In this document: positions 63,449 to 64,000 of the stretch, one piece after another
Numbering within the stretch: position 1 is the stretch's first letter
Layout of the letters: each line of letters opens with the position of its first letter
Source: the human T2T-CHM13v2.0 reference genome, Homo sapiens
Assembly (NCBI RefSeq): GCF_009914755.1
Contig: NC_060927.1
Direction: 5' to 3' (one strand)
DNA: 64,000 nucleotides
The notes under the pieces: generated by a model
What the model saw: the letters and a program-made list of their open reading frames with translations, nothing else
Told to the model about the DNA's origin: nothing
Databases searched by the model: none
Program-made: the position numbers and the translations under genes

Positions 63449-64000
63449 TTAAATAAATATTATTTAATGAGAATTGCAGAGGCAAAAAGTTCTATATTAT
63501 TCATGTACAGTTTCCAAAGAACCATGGCATTGTGAGTAATAACAGCATTGCTAACCTATTTTTTAAATTGGAAGGTATGAGATTCACCAGGAATGACACA
63601 TACAATCATTCCTGCATAAAGAATAGGTCCTAGACCTGAAGAGAGAGAGAGGTGCCTGACTGAATAATATACAGGTGTGCAGGTGATTTTGCCTGAGGTT
63701 TGCAAACCCTAAGAAATCATATTCCTATTCCTTCTAATGCTTTCAAATTTTCTATTTCATTGTTAATATTCTTTGTCTTTGCAAATGACATTCTTCGTCA
63801 TTGTGAGGAAAATTATAGGTAACACCATGAATCCAAGGTAAAATCAAATACGATATTTAATGGAATTGGGTTCAATATAATTATACTTATATTGATTACA
63901 TACTAAAAGACTACACGTAGTGCGAATGAAGAATTTATTTTAGTATTTTTTATACTAGTGAATAATAGAAAGCCATCTAAATAGCTAAATACACAGATGA

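Overview
AT-rich primate (almost certainly human) intergenic DNA made mostly of transposable-element relics; no conventional multi-exon gene was recognised. The main feature is a 7,135-bp HERV-H provirus on the minus strand (35763-42897). It has two LTR7-type LTRs, a TATTT target-site duplication and a perfect tRNA-His primer-binding site. Its gag/pro/pol are dead, but it carries an uninterrupted 563-aa env ORF (36418-38109). The Env keeps its signal peptide, CWLC, RQKR furin site, fusion peptide, ISD and TM anchor. It has lost the CX6CC cysteines (now CX6SY) and the last 21 residues, including YHPL, through a CGA>TGA stop. From recall, 563 aa matches the already described envH2/HERV-H env60 locus (3q26), so the ORF itself is probably not new; its altered architecture and possible function are the open questions. 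Also present: a full-length CBX1 (HP1-beta) processed pseudogene, a solo LTR12 inside an old Alu, MER41A and MER21 solo LTRs, two hAT MITEs, about a dozen Alus (one with a scrambled, locally templated junction), a twin-primed inverted L1, and two internally deleted L1s. All repeat calls are by eye, and the boundaries of old elements are approximate.
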